DNA of 64,000 nucleotides, taken from Glycera tridactyla (taxonomy: Eukaryota). The notes beneath the pieces are model-generated. The model made no database searches and was not told the origin of the DNA. It worked only from the letters and a program-made list of their open reading frames with translations. The position numbers and the translations under genes were made by a program. The stretch's first letter is position 1; every line of letters begins with the position of its first letter. The DNA lies in the NCBI GenBank assembly GCA_965644265.1, contig OZ286475.1, positions 31,496,001 to 31,560,000 of the forward strand, given 5' to 3'. Below are positions 1-9,600 of the stretch, piece after piece.

Positions 1-198
1 GTAATCACTCCATAATGCCCCGTCACCCTCACGATGTAGTCACCCTCAGATAATGTATACTCGCTGACGGTGCCATCCGTCCCTCCGTGTACATCACCCC
101 ACTCACTGCCGAAACGAAACTGTAAACTGTAAAAACATACCACAGGTTACTGATTGGGTGCTTGGATTGATTGGTTGGTTGGGTCTGACTTAACGTTA

Positions 199-865
199 AG
201 CCACCCTTACATAGGGCCTGCGACCGACGGCGACCAACGGCGATAATGAAATCGTCACGAATCGCCGACAATCGTCAGGGATCGCCATCCAATCGTGAAT
301 GGTCGCCATCGATCTCAAGCAATCTCCAAGCTTGGCGGAAGTTTTGAAATGTTCAAAATTTCCGCCATCGATCGCCGTCTGTAGAGAAAATCGTCACCAG
401 AGGTAAGTGGTCGTGGTGCTTTCGCCATCGATTGTAGCCAGTCGCCAGACGAAGTGGCCACGATCATCGGGGACTGCAAGTGACCTCAGGCGACCACAAG
501 CGACCACAGGCGACCACAGGTGACCACAAACGACTGCAGGCAATCACATAGGCGATCAAGGACGGTTATAATACACTCATCTGCGTTCTGCTGCGATCCA
601 TCACGATTCACTACACTCATCGTTTGTGGCCAGTCGCCAATGGAGGTTGCCGTCAGAGGCATGGCGATCACCAGGGACCACAGGCGACCACAGTCGACCA
701 AAGATGATCACAGGCGACCACAGGCGACCATAGATGACTGCAGGCGACCTCAGTTCGATCGCAGCGAATGCAGAAAAATTACTTTTTCGGCGATCGCCCA
801 CGATTTCACGTAAAAAGATGATCGCAGGCGGTCGCCGACAGGCGCGGCCCTATGTAAGGGTGGCT
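199..865. mobile_element. Non-autonomous PIF/Harbinger-like (Tourist-type) MITE
   Basis: TIR AGCCACCCTTACATAGGGCC at 199 is matched by GGCCCTATGTAAGGGTGGCT ending at 865. TTA flanks both sides (196-198, 866-868). The interior has GCGACCACAG 10-mer repeats and no coding capacity. Confidence 0.75.
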
Positions 866-893
866 TTACGTCAGCGCCATATCGCCCCTTGGT

Positions 894-1078
894 GATCAGA
901 AGGGTCTAAGCGCCAAGTGAATCGCGAAAACTGTGATTTGGTCATATCTCCTCTGATGACTATGAGCTTTCCTTCTAATTAAGACGGCATTATCTATCAG
1001 GTGCCAGCTGATTAATATCACGATCTATGTGAGAAGATGGGACAATACTTATCAATTGGCGCTTAGGCCCTTCTTATC
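894..1078. mobile_element. Small MITE-like element with ~23-bp imperfect TIRs
   Basis: GATCAGAAGGGTCTAAGCGCCAA is inverted relative to TTGGCGCTTAGGCCCTTCTTATC (2 mismatches). No clear TSD. Confidence 0.5.
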
Positions 1079-1435
1079 CTCGCCATATACATGAATTTTC
1101 AGTATCATCTATTTCTGGGGTAAAAGAGAAAATTCATTAACTGATTCTGCACTAGTCATAGTTCCAGCATGTGAGGTGTACAATTCGATTTTGCGACTTC
1201 AATAGTCGCATTTGACAGTGAGGATGCCACTGGATTGAATGTATCATATTGACTGCCAATAAGCACTCAGAATTATATCAGAAAATCAATGAGATTATCA
1301 TGGTAGAGATAGGAACAGGAAGTGGGATCCAGTGCACTGAGATCACCACCTTGTGTCAGGACACTGATATACACTGGTGGAAATTTTGGAACTAAATTTG
1401 GTTATCCTGTTAGACTGTATATATGAAAGTGATTG

Positions 1436-1642
1436 GCGGCGGCGGCGGCGTCGATGAAGACGGCTACGACGACGACGATGATGACTACGACGACGACGTG
1501 AGGAAGAGGAGGAGGAGGAGGAGGAGGAGGAGGAGGAGGAGGAGGAGGAGGAGGAGGAGGAGGAGGACGACAACGACGACGACGACGACGACATCAACAA
1601 CGGCGGTGACTACGGTGACGATGACTACGATGACGACGACGA
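1436..1642. repeat. Compound (GGC)/(GAC/GAT)/(GAG)n trinucleotide microsatellite
   Basis: Directly visible. It lies immediately 5' of the LTR-element insertion site. Confidence 0.95.
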
Positions 1643-1658
1643 AGTTTTTGTGCGCGTG

Positions 1659-4501
1659 TGTGGTGATAGAGGTGTCTATCACCTTTGTTCTTATAAGCAT
1701 AGGTAGAGTTTTATCTAAATTATGATAAAGCAATGAATCAACAATAGTTGCTTGCTTCAAAAATGTGGTGATAAAAGGGTCCATCACCTAGTTTGATATC
1801 ATTTCTTTCGAGACAGGTTTGATGAAATTTCTCTTAAGACAGGAATGGCTATACATGTGGTTGGAAGTAGGGACAGTATCCAGGCACCCCTAGAGGTAGT
1901 TCACAAATTCTCCAACAGATGTCAATTTAGGTCTTGGTAGAAGCTACTCTGTGTCGAGAGAGGGTGAGAGTGTGAGGGGATGAATGCATATGTATGAGTG
2001 TGAAGGGATAAATGAATATGTATAAGAGGGTGAATTGAGCCAACAAATGAACGTGCATGAAAGTGACCTGTGTAGGAGATGATTGGCTGGTGTATGAGTA
2101 GAGGAACAATGATGGCATGAAAGGCGTGTACATGTGGGAGAGAGTGAATTTTGTCTGAAGGAAGAGAGAGAAAGTTTGAGATTCGACTGGAACATCAACA
2201 GGACAGGACTGCCTGGAAATCTCCCGTGAATTCGGCGCCTGAAGGGGCTCAGAGGTCGAATTCATGTAAAAGGGCAGGATGAGTAGAAAGGATCATCGCA
2301 TTGGGATCATGAAGTGACCACATTCAACATATATATAGATATATCATAAGGATTGGACTATTATCTTGTCTATTTGGATGAAGGTGAGATTATCATGATG
2401 GGATTATTGAGATGTGCATTTTAGCTACAGGTCTGACTAGAGTATAATGATGAAGTGAATTGTATTTTGGACCACAGGTCTGACTAGAGTTTTAATGATG
2501 AGGTGAAGTGTATTTTGGACCACAGGTTTGACTAGAGTTTTAATGATGAGGTGAAGTGTATTTTGGACCACAGATTTGACTGGAATCTTAGTGATGAGTT
2601 GGTGAACATGTATTAGGCATAATGGCTGAAGAATATGATGAATATGCATTGTTGGAAGAATTCTATCACAATGTTTCATCCCTTAGATGGAAGAATATGA
2701 GTTCAGTAGCTTTTGATTCTGACATTTATGCAGCCTGTGATGTCTGTGACAGGTGTATGATACCAAATTCCACAGAGATCAATCGGGAGGATGACTGTGA
2801 ATGTCCCCTCTGTAAGCTGATTGAGCTGTATTGTTGTGAAGTGCTTAAAGAATCCCTGAAAAAGTAGGGTCTCCTCCTTTGTTGTTGGGTGTGCCTTCAA
2901 TTCTGATTATTCCCTTTGTCATATTTGGCTGTGAGCTTTTGAAGGGTTCTTCCTGAATCTGTAATGCTGATATGTTGACTTTGAGTAGTCAGGAAGGTTC
3001 AATTTCCTGGTTTATTGTTCATTCATGAGCTATTCCATATTATGATCACATCTTGGTCATTTCTTCAATATTGAGGTCTCTGAAAATATGACAATGCCTA
3101 AATGAAGGGTATGAAATTGTTGAATTGAAGGACAGCACAATTATCTCGGAGAGAGTTTGATATTCCAGATCCCAATGACATGATCCTAATTCAAGTGTGG
3201 CTATAGTATTGAAAGAGTTAATATTTCATCAGTTTCTTGCAATCTTCAAGTGTCAAACTCAGCTGATTATAAGCAGAACATGACTTTCTTCACTCGATCA
3301 ACCTGGCTTTGCTTTGTGCTACAATATATATATATATATATAATTACTACTAACTTGGTGTTGTTTACTCCTCCTGTGTCTATGGGCACTCTTTACTTGC
3401 ATTCACTCATATTTTCTATAACATAAGAGCGGCGCCGGTGTGAGAGAATGACTCCTTTTCACTGAACATATCACATAAACACATGCCTGCACAGGGTTTA
3501 CATGATTGACCATTTGTGTTGCGCGAGTTTGAGAGCTGATGCTGATCCCAGCTGATATTTGATGCAGCAGGTAATTCTTGACTGATTGTCTAAAGAGGCC
3601 TTGTAGTTGGTCACGAGTTTCATCCAAATTGGATATGGTCCCAGTTGATATTTAAGATATATCAGACTGTGTAATCTCATCCAAGAGAAGAGGATATGGT
3701 CCCAGTTGATATTTAAGATATATCAGACTGCGTAATCTCATCCAAGAGAAGAGGATATTGACCCGGTCGATATTTAATATATATACAACCGTGTATTTTC
3801 ATAAAAGAAACAATTATTCCCCAAAGATCTAAATCCCATGAGACATTTAGTTATAGTTGAACCTGTCCACAATCTCATGTGAAGTTGAATATTAGGTTGA
3901 TATCCCATGAGACATTTAGTTATAGTTGAACCTGTCCACAGTCTCATGTGAAGTTTATTATTGGGTTGGTATCCCATGAGATCTTTAGACGCAGTCAAAC
4001 CTGCCTATAATCTCATATAAAAATAGATATTGAGCTGCTATCCCACGAGTCTTAGAATAGGAAAGTCAAGTCATATTTTGGTGTTTAATGTTGGATTAGT
4101 ATTGAGATTAGGTTATTGAGAGATCCCTAGAACCTGTCATTCAGGTCAGCATAGTCAATTTAAGTCGCAAGCCCTCTCACATTAACCCTTGGGTCCCCAC
4201 TTGGAGTTTAATCCCCATGAGTAGTCTGCAAAAGGTTTGGATCTGGACAACTCATGCTATCCCCCATTTCATCTGGTTGTCCATGATCAACTATAGTCAA
4301 ACCTGTATATCTGTCCACCTAGGTGGATGCATAGAAATACTGTATTAAATGTGGAGAACATTCATGGTACTTGTATAGTACAACCTGTTGCAAGTCAGAG
4401 TATAGTGAAACCAGTCACTTAAGGTGACTCATACTTCAATATAGAGCAGACCTTACGGCTAGTGACCCCGTAGGACCCCGAGGAACCCCCTTATTGCGTC
4501 A
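1659..4501 (+). repeat. 5' LTR (2843 bp)
   Basis: TGTGGTGATA...TTGCGTCA. Matches the 3' copy except for four substitutions found by eye (1743, 2298, 2365, 4328). Contains internal 48-, 61- and 69-bp tandem repeats. Confidence 0.97.
2622..2867 (+). CDS. LTR-encoded 81-aa acidic, Cys-rich putative accessory protein (CxxCxxC / CxCxxC / CC; LxCxE motif)
   Basis: Sense-strand ATG in good context (ATAATGG), protein-like composition, 8 Cys in clusters, and the motif ELYCCEVL. An identical copy lies in the 3' LTR. Confidence 0.45.
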   Translation: MAEEYDEYALLEEFYHNVSSLRWKNMSSVAFDSDIYAACDVCDRCMIPNSTEINREDDCECPLCKLIELYCCEVLKESLKK

Positions 4502-4520
4502 TGGTAGAGAATCCGGGTAT
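4502..4520 (+). promoter_or_regulatory. Primer binding site, probably tRNA-Ala
   Basis: TGGTAGAGAATCCGGGTAT directly follows the LTR CA. It is complementary (about one mismatch) to the 3' end of metazoan tRNA-Ala(AGC)-type sequences (...AUACCCGGAUUCUCCACCA), recalled from memory. Confidence 0.7.
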
Positions 4521-4589
4521 TCGCTTGTTTGGATAGCTGAAGAAATAGTTATCCACTCAGAATAGATAGATCTCAGTCCGGAGTGACAT

Positions 4590-6485
4590 ATGCTGCCTGG
4601 AAGACAGGGGAGAAAGAAACAGTTGGAGGATATTTTGAGAGGAGTAGTAGGTACACCAGACACACCAGTCAGAGAGTTTAATTTGGCAGAGGCTAGGAGA
4701 CAGTTTAAAACATTGCTTAAAGAATTTAAGACAAAAGAGAAGGAGAAAGTATCTCTAGCAGAAGACAAGCTGGCGACCTTCAAGGAACCATTATATGATA
4801 GTCATGAAATAGACAGTGATTCATTGTTAGGTGCCACTGGGGGAGACCCCAAACAACCATGTACATCTGATCATGAGGATTTGCTTTCTGGTGGAGAGGA
4901 AGTAGAAGTACCTGAGACAGGTTTACCCACAGGAGAACCAGGGAACCATTCAGATAATCTTTTTAGGAAAGCAAGCATTCAAGCAAATGAACAGATCCAG
5001 TTGTTAGAAAGTGAAATCAGAAAATTAGAGCAAGAAAAGGTAGCATTGAAAGTTAGAAGTGAATATGCATTGAGATATAAGGACAAACAGCAGCACATAG
5101 AGCTCATTGAAATTGAGGGACGTGTGGCAAATAAGATAGATGAATTAGAATACGAGTTTGAGAAGTTGGCTAGAAGACGAGTACAGAGTTTGGCTCAAGC
5201 AAAACAAGAGATTAGGCAGTGTCAGGCCCACTTGCAAGCTTCAGATGATGTAATAGAGGTGGCACAGAGGTTAGATACAGTGTTAAAGGTGTTAGACGAG
5301 GAGGTGGGTGTAGATAATAGGGCTGCAGTACCTGCTTATTTGCTTGAGGATCCAGGATTACAACGAATTGAAGAAAAAGATAGTGAAACTAGTAGTGACC
5401 TTGAGAATAGAGAGGATAGTGTTCTTGGTGAGGATATTGACAATATGGCATATAAAAGGTCACTCAAACCCCCAACCTTCTTTGGTGTTGACTCTGAAGA
5501 TGGGGTGGTATTTCTACAGAGCTTTGAGGATTACATTAGCCTTGAAGGTCCAAGAGAGGATCAAGCAAAAGCCACTTTGTTCAGAATGCTGCAGCAAGGT
5601 TTGGCAGGTTACTGGATTAGATCAATAGATCCAAATAAGGATAAGACATATGATGAGCTGAGGGCTGAGTTTACAGATAGATATATCACCCCATACATTA
5701 CAGGTACCAGGTTAGTGGAAGAGACAAAGATGAGAAACAGGAAATTGAACACTGGGGAGACAGTACAGGACCTTTATACTGATATAGTACTCCAGGGTTC
5801 CAAGATGGGTAAGAGTGACAGGGATATGTTGATGATATTCATAGGTGCCCTCCCTAAAGAATATCAAACTATGGTCATGACATCTGAACCTGATAGTTTG
5901 GTGAAAGCACTGAGAGTAGCACAGTCAGCAGAGTCTTTGTATGGTGAGCATTTCCGAAAAACAGGCAGGACCACCCTGGCTGTCATGACAGAAAAAGAGG
6001 AAAGTAGCTCAGAGCCGATATTGGCATCCTTAAAAGAGATAACCACACGTTTGAACAGAATGGAGCAGAAAAGTAAGTCAGCTCATGTGAAGACCCCAGA
6101 CCTTCAAAAAGCAGTTCAGCCTAGTGAGACCTATGGGAAAGCCCAGTATGATGTCAGACACATAAAGTGTTATAACTGCAACAGATATGGCCATTATGCC
6201 AGTGAGTGTGGAAATCTGAATCCGGACAGACAAATAGTTTGTTGGTATTGTGGAAAGACTGGCCATGTACAACGGGAGTGCTATAGCAGGCAGAGAGATC
6301 AGAGCAGAAGGGGCAGAGGAGATTATAGAGGCCGTGGAGGTTATAGAGGTCGTGGAGGCTATCAAAATTTCAACAGGAGCAACGATTATGGACAACATAG
6401 AGAATACTCAGGCAATAGGCTAGCGATAGAGGCTCCACCGCCATCAAATTATCAATCAAACTATCCATCAAATTCATCAAACTAG
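4590..6485 (+). CDS. gag: Gag polyprotein (631 aa): N-terminal coiled coil, capsid-like domain, two CCHC zinc knuckles, RGG tail
   Basis: LKPPTFFG...FLQSFEDY retrotransposon capsid signature; CYNCNRYGHYASEC and CWYCGKTGHVQREC knuckles; RGRGDYRGRGGYRGRGG. Confidence 0.95.
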   Translation: MLPGRQGRKKQLEDILRGVVGTPDTPVREFNLAEARRQFKTLLKEFKTKEKEKVSLAEDKLATFKEPLYDSHEIDSDSLLGATGGDPKQPCTSDHEDLLSGGEEVEVPETGLPTGEPGNHSDNLFRKASIQANEQIQLLESEIRKLEQEKVALKVRSEYALRYKDKQQHIELIEIEGRVANKIDELEYEFEKLARRRVQSLAQAKQEIRQCQAHLQASDDVIEVAQRLDTVLKVLDEEVGVDNRAAVPAYLLEDPGLQRIEEKDSETSSDLENREDSVLGEDIDNMAYKRSLKPPTFFGVDSEDGVVFLQSFEDYISLEGPREDQAKATLFRMLQQGLAGYWIRSIDPNKDKTYDELRAEFTDRYITPYITGTRLVEETKMRNRKLNTGETVQDLYTDIVLQGSKMGKSDRDMLMIFIGALPKEYQTMVMTSEPDSLVKALRVAQSAESLYGEHFRKTGRTTLAVMTEKEESSSEPILASLKEITTRLNRMEQKSKSAHVKTPDLQKAVQPSETYGKAQYDVRHIKCYNCNRYGHYASECGNLNPDRQIVCWYCGKTGHVQRECYSRQRDQSRRGRGDYRGRGGYRGRGGYQNFNRSNDYGQHREYSGNRLAIEAPPPSNYQSNYPSNSSN

Positions 6486-6526
6486 AGACTGGCACTTCAG
6501 TCAGGGCCCAAATTGGGAGTGTCAGT
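6476..6526 (+). promoter_or_regulatory. Putative -1 ribosomal frameshift signal (A_UCA_AAC + 5-nt spacer + 9-bp stem-loop)
   Basis: The pol frame is -1 to gag and open from 6419. The heptamer ends at the gag stop. ACTGGCACT (6488-6496) pairs with AGTGTCAGT (6518-6526). Confidence 0.6.
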
Positions 6527-6667
6527 AAAATATCAGGGGGGCCAACATGTGGCAAAGAACAGATTACCTCCGCTTGTCCAGAATATTCCCATAACTTCGA
6601 GCATGCATATGATGATTATGAAATAAAGCAAGAACCCGCCTGTGTTGATGGCCTGACAAATAAACAT

Positions 6668-9600
6668 ATGCTGTCCTGTGTTGAACCCCCGAAAAACAAT
6701 TCTGTCTCTGTTGTGCAATGTGCCGAATCGCGAGTTTTTGAGAATGACGTCACACCTGCGGTCACCGGAGAGGTAACAAATTCGTTAGATGAACCCGACA
6801 CACCTGTCCCAGAATATATGGAGAATGAATGTGAGAATGGACAAATAACTGATACAGTTATACCGAAACAAGACTGCGATTATGATATTGTACCAGTATT
6901 CAGAAAGAAAACATTGAATATTCATTTGGGGAGCCTTGATGATCCAGAATATGAAGAACCATTACATATTGAAGCCACTGTAGGGAGGTCTACTATTTGC
7001 AGAGCCATGTTGGATTCAGGGGCTGCTGCTAATTACATGTCTTATAAAGTTTATGAGGCAGTTAGATATTGTGATGAGCTAGTGCAGGAAAATTTTGAGT
7101 CACCCACCTACGGACAGCTTGGTAATGGTACATCTTTTGAAATACTAGGGTATGTTTTATGTGAGATACAGGTCAGAAACCAACAATACTTAGTGGAGTT
7201 TGGGGTGGTAAATGAGCTGACTTCTGAAGTGATATTTGGTATGCCATTCATGAATGAGACTGTTCATAGCATAAATTTTGCTCGTGGTGAGGTGCAGATT
7301 GAACCTTCCAGGGTAGTTAGGGCTGCAAGAAAACTGAAAATGCATTCAGACACACGTCAACCTGTAGAGGGATACATAGGGAGTGACATTCCTGATGACA
7401 CGACAGGAATTTTCACTCCTTCATCTAGTCTGACAGACCATTGGATGGCAATGCCCAATGCTTTGGTGAAGGTACTTCAAGGGGTGATAGTTTGTGAGAT
7501 CATGTATCTTGGTCCCATGGATAATGTCTTACCTGAGGGTGAGATCTTGGGAACATTCCAGCCATTGATGGATGAACATGAGGTTATATATTTGAGGGCC
7601 CCTGCTGAACAGCAAGCCACACCATCTGGTGAGGTATTCCATCCTTCTGTGCTGAATGCCATGAAGGGGGTAAGCAGTTCAAAAGAGATGGGAGATAGAA
7701 TATCCTTGGAGGATCTGAGTGAGAATGATAGGGAATTCATAGAATCCTTTGACTGGAGCAATAGTATCCTTTCTGAGCATGAAAAACAGAGGATATATGT
7801 ACTGTTGCTCAAATACAAGCCGGCCTTTGTGTGTGAGGAATACCCCAAAGTTGGATGTACTGATTTGGTCAGGTATAGGATTGAGTTGAAAGAGGATGCA
7901 AAACCTTTCACAAGTAGACCATATAGATTAGATCCAGAGAAGACGAAGGCATTGAAGGCCCAGTTAGACAGACTTTTGGAAGATGATATCATTGAAGTGG
8001 CACGCAGTGAATATTCCTCACCTGTACTTTTGATTAGGAAACCTGCTGATAAGGTCAAAGGTTGTAGTGATCTGTATTCACAGTATAGATTCACAGTTGA
8101 TTTTCGCTTCTTGAATAAGCAGATAAAAGGTGATGTCTATCACTTACCTGATATAAGAACCCTGCAGGATTCTCTAGGAGCGATGTCCACCCCGAGAATC
8201 ATCTCCAGCTTTGATGCAGATAGGGCATTTTATCAGATCAAACTAGAGAAGGAAAGTCGCCCAGTCACTGCATTTACTACTCCTTTGGGTGATATGCAGT
8301 TCAAGAGGTTACCTATGGGATTGTCAGTAGCCCCCTCAGTTTGGAGCAGACTTATTGGGCTTGTGTTGGCTGGACTGGATCCCTTGCATATTTCTTGCTA
8401 TGTGGATGATATAATAATTGCAACAGAGACAATCGAAGATCATTTAGTAAAGATGGAACAGGTACTGCAGAGATTGAGTGATGCCAGGATCAAATTGAAA
8501 CCTAGTAAAGCTGAAATTGGTGTGGAAAAACTCAAATACCTGGGTTATGAGGTATCTAAGGATGGGATGACCATATCCTTGGATAGAAGACAAGCGATAG
8601 CAAGATTGAAAAGACCTACAACTAGGAAGATGGTCAAAAGCCAGTTAGGCATGTTCGGCTTTTTCAGGAGATTTGTCTCAAAATTTTCACAGATTGCTAG
8701 ACCCTTATATGAGTTAACAAAGGAGAGTGTCAAATTTGAATGGGATGAGACGGCTGAGGAGGCATGGCAGACTTTGAAGGATAAGCTATTGAACCCACCT
8801 GTACTGGCCTATCCTGTAATAGGCTGGCTCTATCGGTTACACACAGATGCCTGTTATGAAGGTACTAGCTATATGTTGACCCAGGTGATGCCTGAAGAGG
8901 AGTGGCATAATAGAAACCCAAATGCCACTAAAAACCCCACTATTCGTGATAGGGAACATCCTGTGCTTTATGGATCAGGTTCATTACATGGGTATCAGAA
9001 GAACTATACAGTAACTGAGTTAGAGATGTTGGCGGTGATTAGAGGAGTTGAGTGCAATGAATACTATCTGCGTCCACCTGTTGAGTTTGAGATGGTGACT
9101 GATCACAGTGCTTTGACCTATATGTTCAATATGAAAGTCCCACCTCCGAGAATAGCTAGATGGGTTGCATATTTGCAGAACTTTAATTTCAAAGTGGTGC
9201 ATGTGCCTGGAAGAGAGAATGTAGTTCCGGATGTACTGTCCAGAATGACCAATACAGATGAGAGAACTCAGAGTCCAGCATTGGAGGACCCATGTTTCCC
9301 ATATGAACAAGAAGTTGTGGGTAGAAACAATGTTCCAAAGTTGAATACCCTAATTAATATGATGTCCGTAGATCAAGAAGAGAGGGAACCAGTGAGACTT
9401 AAGTCAGAGATGTTCATGCAAATATCACCTGTTGAGATAGCTGAGTTGAATACATTGGAGACACTGACAGTAGATCAGAAAAAGAGGGAACCAGTGAGGT
9501 ATAGGTCAGAGATGTTTATGCAAATATTTCCTGTTGAGACTGCTGAGGGTGAACTGGACAATGGTGATGTTAGCTTGAGTAAGGACATTCTGTTGGCACC

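Noticed and set aside
1343-1787. Poly-Ser, poly-Arg and poly-Leu/Val ORFs
   Set aside because: Translations of the GAG/GAC microsatellite that run across the LTR boundary.
1927-2679. Antisense ORFs in the LTR (112, 84 and 80 aa; also 3403-3998 and the 3' LTR copies)
   Set aside because: Low-complexity or tandem-repeat-derived. Identity between LTR copies reflects recent insertion, not selection.
7477-8094. 205-aa antisense ORF within pol (and others within gag and env)
   Set aside because: Shadow ORFs opposite well-supported genes, with no motifs.
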